Assembly: GCA_041653535.1 (NCBI GenBank)
Contig: JBAZFH010000003.1
Location: 66,771-130,770 of the forward strand
From: Patescibacteria group bacterium
Lineage (GTDB): Bacteria > Patescibacteriota > Patescibacteriia > JACRDY01
Direction of reading: 5' to 3'
Length of the DNA: 64,000 bases
Shown: in pieces, positions 27,005 to 36,038 of the stretch
Numbering within the stretch: the stretch's first letter is position 1
Layout of the letters: the number at the start of each line of letters is the position of its first letter
Translations under genes and position numbers: made by a program
The notes under the pieces: model-generated
Seen by the model: the letters and a program-made list of their open reading frames with translations, nothing else
The model's database searches: none
What the model was told of the DNA's origin: nothing

Positions 27005-29068
27005 ATGTTAAAAAAATTTTTTGCGCCTCGTTCAATAGCGGTAATAGGGGCGTCAAGGGAAAGAGGTAAGCTGGGTTATACCATACTTGCTAATATTTTG
27101 CGATATAAATATCGCGGTAAAGTTTATCCGGTTAATCCCGAAGCAAAAAATATTTTAGGGTTAAAATGTTATCAGTCGGTCGGCGATATCGCCGGGCAGA
27201 TTGATTTAGCTGTTGTTGTTGTGCCGGCGGCAGTAGTGCCAAAAGTTTTGGAGGAATGCGGGCAAAAAAATATTTTAAGTGTGATCATCATTTCCGCTGG
27301 ATTCAAGGAAGTCGGTGGTGCCGGGGCGCAGCTGGAACAAGATATCCAAGAAATAACCAAAAAATATAATATTAATCTTCTAGGACCAAACTGTCTTGGC
27401 ATCCTTGATTCGGTTGATAATCTCAATGCTTCTTTTGCAGATGGTATGATTGATCGCGGCAGAATAGCTTTTTTTTCGCAGTCCGGAGCGATTTGTACCG
27501 CCATGCTTGATTGGGCAAAAAATAACAACATTGGTTTTAGTCGTTTTATCAGTTTGGGTAATAAAGCCGGAATTACCGAAAATGACTTATTGGAATTTTT
27601 AGCTAACGATAAAAATACCGATGTGATTTTGGGCTATCTGGAGGGAATCGCTGACGGTCGAAAGTTTTTGGAGATTTGTCGTAAGGTAGCTAAAAGTAAG
27701 CCAGTAATTATTTTAAAATCCGGCAGATCAAACGAGGGGCAAAAAGCGATTTCTTCGCATACCGGCAGTTTAGCCGGCAGTGATCAGGTGATTTCCGCTG
27801 CTTTTAGTGCGGCGGGAGTAATCAGAGCAAACGACCTACGCGAACTATTTAATTACGCGAAGCTTTTTCAGAGTGAGCCGTTGATAAAAGGTAGAAATAT
27901 TGCCATTGTTGCCAACGCCGGCGGTCCGAGCGTGATGACCACTGATGCCATAGCGCAAAGTGTTTTACGGATGGCAAGGTTTTCTCCGGCTACGATCAAT
28001 AAGCTAAAAAAGGGATTACCGGCAGCTGCAGCTTTGCATAATCCGATCGACGTAATTGGTGATGCGCGGGCAGACCGCTACGCCGTGGCGCTGGAAGCTG
28101 TTTTACAAGATAAAAATGTTAATGGAGTGATAGTATTGTTGACACCTCAGACAGTAACGGAAATATCGCAGACGGCACAGGTAGTTGTTTCTTTGGGTAA
28201 AAAATATAAAAAGCCGTTGTGTGCCAGTTTTATCGGCGGAAAAAAAGTGGCAAGCGGTGTGGATATTCTGAGGCAAGCAAATGTTCCGGTTTACGAATAT
28301 CCCGAAGAGGCGGTTGATTCTTTGGCGGCGATGGAAAAATACCGACAGTGGCGAGCAAAGCCAAAAAAGATATCAGAATGGCGGGCGATTGATTTTAAAA
28401 CCTGGAGTCGGATAGAAAAAGATTTGTGGTCAGATAAAGGTCAGTTAGAATGGGGTAAAACGGAAGAAATGTTGAAGGCTTACAAAATTCCTTTAGTAAA
28501 ATCCGTGGTGGTTGTTGATTCGGCGACAGCGGTTAAAACTGCCAAAAAATTTGGCTATCCGATAGCAATGAAAGTGGTAGCGAAAAAATTAATTCATAAA
28601 AGCGATGCGGGAGCAGTATTGGTAAATCTAAAAAATGAAAAGGAGGTCGGCGTTGGTTTTCAAAAACTTTATAAGATTGCCAAAAAATATAAAGGTCAGA
28701 TACTGGTACAACCAATGTTGCGCGACGCTAAAGAGATTATTATCGGGGTCAAGCGCGACGCGCAGTTTGGTCCAGTGATAATGTTTGGTCTTGGCGGTAT
28801 TTATGTCGAGATTTTGAAAGACGTTACTTTTAGAGTGGCGCCGATTGGTCATGACGAGGCGTTGGAAATGATTGGTGATATTAAGGCGGCGAAAGTGCTT
28901 TTTGGCGTTCGCGGTCAGGGCAGTGTAGACGTTGAAAAGATCGCTGATATTTTGGTAAAATTATCGCGCCTAACGGTTGATTTTCCGCAAATAAGTGAAA
29001 TTGATATTAATCCGGCGATGGCGATGCGAAAAGGGTGTCTGGTGGTTGACGCTAGGATAATGATTTAA
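27005..29068 (+). CDS. Acyl-CoA synthetase (NDP-forming) / ADP-forming acetate--CoA ligase, fused alpha-beta
   Basis: CoA-binding Rossmann domain (PRSIAVIGASRERGKLGY). Ligase-CoA domain. C-terminal ATP-grasp. Confidence 0.8.
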   Translation: MLKKFFAPRSIAVIGASRERGKLGYTILANILRYKYRGKVYPVNPEAKNILGLKCYQSVGDIAGQIDLAVVVVPAAVVPKVLEECGQKNILSVIIISAGFKEVGGAGAQLEQDIQEITKKYNINLLGPNCLGILDSVDNLNASFADGMIDRGRIAFFSQSGAICTAMLDWAKNNNIGFSRFISLGNKAGITENDLLEFLANDKNTDVILGYLEGIADGRKFLEICRKVAKSKPVIILKSGRSNEGQKAISSHTGSLAGSDQVISAAFSAAGVIRANDLRELFNYAKLFQSEPLIKGRNIAIVANAGGPSVMTTDAIAQSVLRMARFSPATINKLKKGLPAAAALHNPIDVIGDARADRYAVALEAVLQDKNVNGVIVLLTPQTVTEISQTAQVVVSLGKKYKKPLCASFIGGKKVASGVDILRQANVPVYEYPEEAVDSLAAMEKYRQWRAKPKKISEWRAIDFKTWSRIEKDLWSDKGQLEWGKTEEMLKAYKIPLVKSVVVVDSATAVKTAKKFGYPIAMKVVAKKLIHKSDAGAVLVNLKNEKEVGVGFQKLYKIAKKYKGQILVQPMLRDAKEIIIGVKRDAQFGPVIMFGLGGIYVEILKDVTFRVAPIGHDEALEMIGDIKAAKVLFGVRGQGSVDVEKIADILVKLSRLTVDFPQISEIDINPAMAMRKGCLVVDARIMI

Positions 29069-29082
29069 AATGCAGTTTTTCT

Positions 29083-30693
29083 ATGATTAAGCGCTTACTA
29101 AGCGGTGAGTCTAAAACTATTACTTCGGCGGCAATAATCATTGGCGCCGCTTCTTTGGTTTCGCGCCTGCTTGGTGTTTTGCGGGACAGAGTGCTGGCTG
29201 GAGAGTTCGGCGCGGGAGAAACTTTGGATATATATTATGCTGCCTTTCGTATTCCTGATTTGGTCTATAACCTTTTGATTCTGGGTGCGCTGTCAGCCGG
29301 GTTTATTCCGGTGTTTATTCGTTATTTTAAAAAATCTGAAGACGAAGGTTGGCGATTAGCCGCCGCGGTTTTAAATGTTGTGATTATCGGAGTGGCAATT
29401 ATTTCCGCGGTTTTATTTGTTTTTACGCCTTGGTTGGTATCGCTGCTGGCTCCGGGTTTTTCCGCTGCGGCACAAGCATCTACCGTTACAATGACAAGAA
29501 TAATGTTTTTATCGCCCTTATTTTTGGGTATTAGTGCGGTTTGGGGCGGAATACTGCAATCGCAAAAGAAATTTTTTGTTTATTCGCTGGCGCCGATTTT
29601 TTACAACGTCGGCATTATGATTGGCGCGCTGTTTTTTGTCACTCCGTTCGGGATCGACGCTCTTGCCTGGGGTGTAGTACTTGGCGCTTTTTTGCATATG
29701 ATTGTGCAACTGCCGTCGATTTTCGGTTGCGGTTTTCGTTATCGTCCGATTCTGTCACTGCGTCATGCCGGTGTGCGGGAAATAATAGTGATGATGGTGC
29801 CGCGGGTGCTTGGTCTGGCTGTATCGCAGGTTAATCTTTTTGTCGTTAATATTATTGCTTCAATGCTAGCCGCTGGGTCAATCGCTGTTTTTAATCTGGC
29901 TAATAACCTACAGTCTTTTCCTCTAGGGATATTTGGGGTTTCTTTTGCCATTGCTGCTTTTCCGACATTGTCGGCGGCAGTAGCGGGGGAGAGTAAGGAG
30001 GAATTTGTCAAAAGTTTTTCGGTAACAGCGCGACAGATTTTGTTTTTTATCATCCCGCTTTCGGCTTTGTTTTTGGTTTTGCGCGCCCAGATTGTTCGTG
30101 CAGTACTCGGTGCCGGTTCTTTCGATTGGGAAGACACGATTTTGACTGCTGATGCTTTAGCGTTTTTTAGCGTCAGTCTTTTTGCTCAAGGCTTGATACC
30201 ATTGCTAGTTAGAGGATTTTTTGCTTGGAGTAACACTATGATCCCGCTTATTGCTGGGCTAATTGGCGCCATGGTTAATATCGCTCTGGCTTGGGTGTTG
30301 GCGGCAGATTATGGCGTAGCGGGATTAGCTTTAGCTTTTTCGGTTTCGTCAATTATTCAGGTAATTATTCTTTGGCTGGCGTTACGGCATAAAACCAACG
30401 GTCTTGACGAAGTAAATATTATTTTTGCCGTGGTAAAAATTTCTCTTGCTACACTGACAATGAGTTTTACAACCCAGTATTTGAAATATGTTATCGAGCC
30501 TTATACCGGCACGGAAACCTTTATCGGTATTTTTTCTCAAGGCTTGCTTGCCGGACTGGGAGGAATACTTGTTTTTATTTTAGTCAGTTTATTTTTGCGT
30601 TCGGAGGAAATGTTGGTTTTTGCCGCGTCTTTCAAAAGACGTTTTTTACGCAAAGAGGCGGTAGAAAAGGTGGAAGAGGAGATAGAAAGCTAG
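29083..30693 (+). CDS. murJ: Lipid II flippase MurJ (MviN)
   Basis: N-terminal motifs LGVLRDRVLAGEFGAGETLDIYYAAFRIPD. Polytopic membrane protein. Confidence 0.85.
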   Translation: MIKRLLSGESKTITSAAIIIGAASLVSRLLGVLRDRVLAGEFGAGETLDIYYAAFRIPDLVYNLLILGALSAGFIPVFIRYFKKSEDEGWRLAAAVLNVVIIGVAIISAVLFVFTPWLVSLLAPGFSAAAQASTVTMTRIMFLSPLFLGISAVWGGILQSQKKFFVYSLAPIFYNVGIMIGALFFVTPFGIDALAWGVVLGAFLHMIVQLPSIFGCGFRYRPILSLRHAGVREIIVMMVPRVLGLAVSQVNLFVVNIIASMLAAGSIAVFNLANNLQSFPLGIFGVSFAIAAFPTLSAAVAGESKEEFVKSFSVTARQILFFIIPLSALFLVLRAQIVRAVLGAGSFDWEDTILTADALAFFSVSLFAQGLIPLLVRGFFAWSNTMIPLIAGLIGAMVNIALAWVLAADYGVAGLALAFSVSSIIQVIILWLALRHKTNGLDEVNIIFAVVKISLATLTMSFTTQYLKYVIEPYTGTETFIGIFSQGLLAGLGGILVFILVSLFLRSEEMLVFAASFKRRFLRKEAVEKVEEEIES

Positions 30694-30783
30694 GAAGTGG
30701 TAGTTGGTAGATGGTAGATGGGGATAATAATTACGAATTAAGGATCAGCGGGTGAAGAAATTAGAAATTGGAAATTAGAAATG
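30691..30783 (+). repeat. GGTAGTT/GGTAGAT tandem repeats starting at the murJ stop, plus (GAAATTAGAAATTG) tandem repeat
   Basis: taggaagtggtagttggtagatggtagatgggg...gaaattagaaattggaaattagaaatg. TAG in all three frames. Confidence 0.7.
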
Positions 30784-30844
30784 ATTTTGTTAACAATATT
30801 TTGTTTAAAATTAGCCAAATAAGGGCTATTTTTTGTTTTTACTA

Positions 30845-30873
30845 TTGACAAGATTTATAAAATATGCTATTAT
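30845..30873 (+). promoter_or_regulatory. Sigma70-like promoter, TTGACA-17 bp-TATTAT
   Basis: ttgaca agatttataaaatatgc tattat, about 55 nt upstream of the ATG at 30927. Confidence 0.6.
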
Positions 30874-30926
30874 ATTAAGTATAAGATAAAGATTTTTTAC
30901 AACAAGGGATAACAAAGGAGTCTGGA

Positions 30927-31157
30927 ATGAAAGATGATCGCATGTTTCTCTTCATCCTCGTTGCTGTCGCCATTATTGCCGTTTGCGGGCTTATGGCCTG
31001 CGATAGCTACGTTTCCGGTGAAGGGACCGATGACGTCGCAGCCAGCGTCGAAGATTTGTTCATCAACCCCGGCGTTGAAGGCATCGACTACATTGTTCTG
31101 TCCGATGACAGCATCCAGGTTATCGGACGCACCAATGGCGACACCGCCGAAGAGTAG
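30927..31157 (+). CDS. Small (76-aa) secreted lipoprotein-like acidic protein, GC-rich
   Basis: AAAGGAG Shine-Dalgarno 6 nt before the ATG. Signal peptide with lipobox-like GLMAC. Local GC about 55%. Preferred over the overlapping minus ORF 30897..31235. Confidence 0.4.
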   Translation: MKDDRMFLFILVAVAIIAVCGLMACDSYVSGEGTDDVAASVEDLFINPGVEGIDYIVLSDDSIQVIGRTNGDTAEE

Positions 31158-31205
31158 TTGAAAAAAATAGCCCTCAAATCCCCATCTAGGGGATGTCCCA
31201 CCCAA

Positions 31206-31268
31206 AACCCGACAAGAGCATTCCCCGACCATCAAAGGTCAACGCTCTACCCGTCGGGTTTTTTTTAT
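31206..31268 (+). terminator. Intrinsic terminator with a long structured loop
   Basis: aacccgac...gtcgggtt (8-bp perfect stem) followed by T8. Confidence 0.6.
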
Positions 31269-31368
31269 TTTGTTAAAGCATTGAAAAAGAGGGAGCAATA
31301 AGGTAGAATGGTAGCAAATCGGGATTAGCAGCTAGTCACTAGTTACTAGCTGCTAGTTACTATTTTTT

Positions 31369-33132
31369 ATGAATAACATCCGAAATTTTTGTATTATCGC
31401 GCATATTGACCACGGTAAGTCAACTCTGGCTGACCGTCTTTTGGAAATCACTGGAACGGTCTCAATGCGGGAAATGAAAGATCAAATACTTGATCAGATG
31501 GATCTGGAGCAAGAGCGTGGTATCACTATCAAACTGCAGCCGGTCCGAATGGACTATCAGGGCTATATTTTAAATTTGATCGATACTCCTGGGCACGTGG
31601 ACTTTAGCTACGAAGTGTCGCGCTCCCTGGCCGCTGTCGAGGGAGCGATATTACTTGTAGATGCTACGCAAGGAATCCAGGCGCAAACTCTAGCCAACCT
31701 CTATATGGCGCTCGAACAAAATCTGGTGATTATTCCGGCGATCAACAAAATTGATTTGCCGGCTGCCGATCCAGAGCGGGTAACAAAAGAGATTGTTAAC
31801 TTGATTGGTTGTAAATCAGAGGAGGTAATCAAGGTTTCGGCTAAAACCGGCGCTGGCGTTACCGAACTTTTAGCCGCGGTGATAAAAGATGTGCCGCCAC
31901 CGACTATTGTGGAAGATAAAGCGTTGCAAGCTTTGATTTTTGATTCCAAGTTTGACGAATATCGCGGCGTAGTGGCTGATATACGTCTCGTTTCCGGAGA
32001 GATTAAGCGCGGTGACAAGGCGCATTTCTTGGCTACTGGAGCGATTAGCGAAGTTTTGGAAGTTGGCGTACTGCGACCAAAGCTGGTGACTAGAGATAAA
32101 CTGCTAGCCGGAGAAATCGGTTATGTGGTAACAGGATTAAAAGAAGTTGCCGAATGTCGCGTCGGTGACACGATTGGTTTTGGCGACAGCAAACCGCTTC
32201 CCGGATATAAAGAAGTAAAGCCGATGGTTTTTGCCGGAATATTTTGTAAAGAAGGTAGCGAATATCAGCAGCTGCGTGAAGGTATAGAAAAACTAAAGTT
32301 AAACGACGCGGCGCTGACTTTTGAGCCGGAAAACTCACCGGCGCTAGGGTACGGTTTTCGCTGCGGTTTTCTTGGCATGTTACATCTGGATATTGTTCAT
32401 GAGCGTTTGCATCGCGAGTATGACCTTGATTTGGTTATTACTGTGCCGTCGGTAGCTTACAAAATTTTTAAAACTAATGGCGACGAGTCAACTATCAAAA
32501 GTCCGCAAGAAATGCCGGATCCGTCTTACCTCGATCACGTCGAAGAGCCGGTGATGAAAGTCGATGTGGTGACGCCAAAAGATTATCTAGGACCGATTAT
32601 GGAAGTCACTCAAGGTAAGCGCGGTATTTATATTAATACAGAGTTTTTGGATGAAAAGATAGCCGTGCTGCATTACGAAATGCCCCTAGCTTCACTAATT
32701 ATTGATTTTTACGATAAGCTCAAAAGCGTGTCACAAGGTTACGCTTCGTTAAACTACGACTATAAGGGTTACCAAAAAGCTGAAGTAAACAAAATGGATA
32801 TACTGGTTGCCGGTGACAAGATTGAGGCACTTTCAACCATAGTTTATCACGATGAAGCACACTCAGTTGGTAAAAAAATAGTAGCTGAGCTAAAAAACGT
32901 TTTACCGCGACAAATGTTTGAGGTGAAAATTCAGGCGGCGATTGGTAGCACGATAGTTGCTTCAGACAAGATTTCCGCTATGCGTAAAGACGTTACGGCC
33001 AAGCTCTATGGCGGTGATGTGACGCGTAAACGTAAGCTACTAGAAAAACAGAAAAAGGGTAAAAAGAAAATGAAAGCTATGGGTAAAGTAGATATTCCGT
33101 CCGAGGCTTTTATGGCGGTTTTGAAGAGATAG
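31369..33132 (+). CDS. lepA: Elongation factor 4 (LepA)
   Basis: NIRNFCIIAHIDHGKSTLADRLL G1 motif, DTPGHVDF, NKIDL and the LepA-specific C-terminus. Confidence 0.95.
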   Translation: MNNIRNFCIIAHIDHGKSTLADRLLEITGTVSMREMKDQILDQMDLEQERGITIKLQPVRMDYQGYILNLIDTPGHVDFSYEVSRSLAAVEGAILLVDATQGIQAQTLANLYMALEQNLVIIPAINKIDLPAADPERVTKEIVNLIGCKSEEVIKVSAKTGAGVTELLAAVIKDVPPPTIVEDKALQALIFDSKFDEYRGVVADIRLVSGEIKRGDKAHFLATGAISEVLEVGVLRPKLVTRDKLLAGEIGYVVTGLKEVAECRVGDTIGFGDSKPLPGYKEVKPMVFAGIFCKEGSEYQQLREGIEKLKLNDAALTFEPENSPALGYGFRCGFLGMLHLDIVHERLHREYDLDLVITVPSVAYKIFKTNGDESTIKSPQEMPDPSYLDHVEEPVMKVDVVTPKDYLGPIMEVTQGKRGIYINTEFLDEKIAVLHYEMPLASLIIDFYDKLKSVSQGYASLNYDYKGYQKAEVNKMDILVAGDKIEALSTIVYHDEAHSVGKKIVAELKNVLPRQMFEVKIQAAIGSTIVASDKISAMRKDVTAKLYGGDVTRKRKLLEKQKKGKKKMKAMGKVDIPSEAFMAVLKR

Positions 33133-33165
33133 TTGGTAGGTGGTAGTTAGTAGTTGGTAGTTAGG
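33130..33165 (+). repeat. GGTAGTT-family tandem repeats starting at the lepA stop codon
   Basis: tagttggtaggtggtagttagtagttggtagttaggg. TAG in all frames. Confidence 0.7.
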
Positions 33166-33213
33166 GAAAAGAAAAAAGAGCCGCGGGTGGCAGCTCCTTT
33201 AAATTGTTGATGG

Positions 33214-33690
33214 TTACATAATGTGTTGTTCGAACAGTTTACGGCGGGGGTTGTCGGGCGGCAGAGCTTCGATCTCTTTCATTGCCTTTTCGTGAGCAAT
33301 GCAATCGCGCAAAAAAGTTTCGGCACCCCAGCGGTTGACTCGCAGGTGAAATCCTTCGGTTTCAGAGCCCTTTTCGCCCCAACCGAAGCGGTTGCACAGC
33401 ATTACTCGTGGATCATCGGGCGGCAACAAGTCAAAATCGGCTTGAGTGATTTCTTGCAAACCTTCCTCGGGTTCATACTGGTAAGGGTAGATAGACGTTT
33501 TGCTGTCCATGTCCCTGACCACTTGTTTTGCCATCTGCGGGTCGGAGTCAAAAATGATTTCCCGCACCTTTTGCGGGTCGTAGATGGTGCGACAGAGGTC
33601 GATGTCGATTTCCAGTTTTTGGCATTCTTTTGCCAGCACCTTGCGCGGATCGTCGGGCGCCAAGGCGTCGAATTCAGTTTGAGTCAGCAT
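33214..33690 (-). CDS. Hypothetical 158-aa acidic protein with three (A/L)(L/P)PDDPR repeats, GC-rich
   Basis: Repeats ALAPDDPRKVL, LLPPDDPRVML and ALPPDNPRRKLF. Start ATG overlaps the upstream partner's stop (TAATG). Confidence 0.45.
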   Translation of the reverse strand: MLTQTEFDALAPDDPRKVLAKECQKLEIDIDLCRTIYDPQKVREIIFDSDPQMAKQVVRDMDSKTSIYPYQYEPEEGLQEITQADFDLLPPDDPRVMLCNRFGWGEKGSETEGFHLRVNRWGAETFLRDCIAHEKAMKEIEALPPDNPRRKLFEQHIM

Positions 33691-33893
33691 TAGTGTTCCT
33701 CCTTCAACTCTTCAAGTTCGAGGTTAGATGGCGGCGGATCGACGAATTCCTGAATATGTAGGTTCAGAACGTCGGTGCTACCGCAAGCAGGGCAGGCTTC
33801 GGGCGCGGCTTCCATTTTCCTAAGATACAGTGTTTTGCCGCAATGGCGGCGACGCCAATCTGGTTCCGGTGGCGCGATACCTCTTTCTTGCAT
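33690..33893 (-). CDS. Hypothetical 67-aa zinc-ribbon protein, translationally coupled to the PPDDPR-repeat gene
   Basis: HCGKT...CPACGS double CxxC-type motif. GC-rich. Confidence 0.45.
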   Translation of the reverse strand: MQERGIAPPEPDWRRRHCGKTLYLRKMEAAPEACPACGSTDVLNLHIQEFVDPPPSNLELEELKEEH

Positions 33894-34060
33894 TTTTATC
33901 TCATTTTTTCAAGCTTCTTACTTCACCTTATTATTATATTGTTTATTAGTCAAGAGATATGAAATTAAAAAGAAAAAAGATACAAAAGACGATTTGGATT
34001 ATAATTAATGTCTTAGTGGCGTTGTCAATGGTTTTGTGGACCGTGGCAATTGCGTTTTAA

Positions 34061-34141
34061 GAGGATAGGGAGTGTAGGAGAGTAGGAGGATAGGAGGGTA
34101 AATTAATGCATTTGTATTTTACCTATCCTCCTATCCTCCTA
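34061..34141 (+). repeat. Long near-perfect hairpin built from GGAGGATAGG-family repeats (about 20-bp stem, 15-nt loop) upstream of recJ
   Basis: taggaggataggagggtaaa / tttacctatcctcctatcctccta. Confidence 0.7.
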
Positions 34142-34153
34142 ATATCATAATTT

Positions 34154-35947
34154 ATGTCAAAAATTTGGCAAATAGCACCGCAAATGCCGGTGGAATTTAG
34201 AGATAGATTTCCGGAGATAAATCCGGTGGTTTTGCAATTGCTGTATAGTCGCGGTATCGACACTCAGGAAAAAGTAGATGAGTTTTTTAATCCCGATTAC
34301 GAACAAGATTTGCATGATCCTTTTATTTTTCAAGATATGGCCAAAGCGGTAAAAAGAATATTTGCTGCTATAAAAAAAGGCGAAAAAATCGTGGTCCATG
34401 GTGACTATGACGCTGACGGAGTTACTGCCTCTACAGTAATGATGACGACACTGCGGAAAATGGTTGAGATTTTTGGTAAAAAAGAAAAAATCGATACATT
34501 GTTTGATGTTTATATTCCTCATCGGGAGAAAGAAGGCTATGGTTTTCAGATTCCCACCGCCCAATATTTTATTGATAACAAAATTGATTTGGTAATTACT
34601 GTTGACTGTGGCGTGTCGGACGCGCCGGCAGTGGAATTTTGCTCTAAGGCCGGAATAGATGTGATAGTTACTGATCATCACCAAGAGCCGGTGACCCTGC
34701 CAGCAGCTTACGCTATTATCAATCCACAGCTAGCTCGCGAGAAATATCCTTTTCGCCAGTTGGCCGGTGTCGGCGTGGCTTTTAAAGTCGCGCAAGCATT
34801 GATTGCTGAGGCTAAGAAAAAAAATGACAAAGAAAATTGGGAAGGTTTTGAAAAATGGCTGCTGGATTTGGTCGCTATCGGAACAGTGGCTGATGTTATG
34901 CCGCTGCTCGGTGAAAACCGCACTTTGGTGCGTTACGGTCTAGTGGTACTAAACAAAACGCCAAGGCTGGGGCTAAAGGCTTTGTTCAAACAAGCCGGTA
35001 TCAGTGGCAACGGCGGTGTGCCGAGCAGCTTTCGTGACGATCTGCCTAAAAAGGGTTTAAATAGTTATTCGATCGCTTTTCAGATATCGCCGCGACTAAA
35101 CGCCGCTGGTCGTATGGATCATGCCAATAACGCCTATGGACTACTGATGACTACTGACGAACAAGAAGCGGAAAGTATGGCTGAGCAAATCCAGAAAAGC
35201 AACTCGGCGCGGCAGACTTTGACTGAAAATATTATTTCTCAAGTGGAAAAGAATTTGGGTCAGCAAGCTTCGGCAGATGAAAAGCTGCTTATCGGTATAG
35301 GCGACAATTGGCCAACGGGAATATTGGGGTTGGTGGCCGGTCGACTTTGCGAACGGTTTTATCGACCGGTGGTAATTATTTCGCGTTTTGAAGGTAAGAT
35401 AGTTGGCTCAGGCAGAGGTATTGATGGTAGTGATATTACCGTACCGCTCAAAGGTCTAGAAAAATATTTATATCGTTATGGTGGTCATGCTCAAGCTAAC
35501 GGCTTTACTCTAAAACCAGAAGCTTCTCTCGAAGAATTTGTCGTTGAGTACAAAAAAGCTTTAGCTGTGCAGCTAGAAAAAGTTGAACTTATGTCTTTTC
35601 TGGAAATCGATAGCGAAGTTGATTTGGCTGATGTGAGCTGGCCGCTTTATGACGAACTGGAAAAAATGGAGCCTTTTGGCGAGGGTAATGTCCGACCTAG
35701 ATTTTTGGCTACTGGTTTAGAGGTAGACTCAGTAGAGAAAATGGGCAAAGACATGAAACATTTGAAATTGTTGGTCAGGCAGAATAACGGCATGGTGCGT
35801 AAACTCATTGGTTTTGGTAAAGTGATTGATTTTGCCAGTATTAAGAAAGGTGATAAAATAGATGCCGTAATCGACGTCGGTATTAATGAATGGAATGGCA
35901 GTAGGGAGCTGCAGTTAAAAATAGCCGATTTAAAAATACATTCTTAA
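34154..35947 (+). CDS. recJ: Single-stranded-DNA-specific exonuclease RecJ
   Basis: DHH motifs (VVHGDYDADGVTA, DHHQ) and DHHA1 domain. Confidence 0.85.
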   Translation: MSKIWQIAPQMPVEFRDRFPEINPVVLQLLYSRGIDTQEKVDEFFNPDYEQDLHDPFIFQDMAKAVKRIFAAIKKGEKIVVHGDYDADGVTASTVMMTTLRKMVEIFGKKEKIDTLFDVYIPHREKEGYGFQIPTAQYFIDNKIDLVITVDCGVSDAPAVEFCSKAGIDVIVTDHHQEPVTLPAAYAIINPQLAREKYPFRQLAGVGVAFKVAQALIAEAKKKNDKENWEGFEKWLLDLVAIGTVADVMPLLGENRTLVRYGLVVLNKTPRLGLKALFKQAGISGNGGVPSSFRDDLPKKGLNSYSIAFQISPRLNAAGRMDHANNAYGLLMTTDEQEAESMAEQIQKSNSARQTLTENIISQVEKNLGQQASADEKLLIGIGDNWPTGILGLVAGRLCERFYRPVVIISRFEGKIVGSGRGIDGSDITVPLKGLEKYLYRYGGHAQANGFTLKPEASLEEFVVEYKKALAVQLEKVELMSFLEIDSEVDLADVSWPLYDELEKMEPFGEGNVRPRFLATGLEVDSVEKMGKDMKHLKLLVRQNNGMVRKLIGFGKVIDFASIKKGDKIDAVIDVGINEWNGSRELQLKIADLKIHS

Positions 35948-35949
35948 TT

Positions 35950-35979
35950 TCCGGCGAAGCCGGACCCGGCTCTGCCGGG
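35950..35979 (+). repeat. 30-nt twin-hairpin element (ccggcgaagccgg + cccggctctgccggg), also present inside the dnaK 3' coding region at 15134-15164
   Basis: 30/31 identity between the two loci. Confidence 0.6.
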
Positions 35980-36038
35980 CTCGTCTATTGCTTCAGAATA
36001 GAGATAAGAAGTAGGAAGTAAGAATAAGATGATTTAAA

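Noticed and set aside
30897-31235. 112-aa minus-strand ORF overlapping the small lipoprotein gene
   Set aside because: The + strand ORF has a consensus promoter, a strong Shine-Dalgarno and a downstream terminator. The minus ORF has none of these and looks like a GC-rich shadow.
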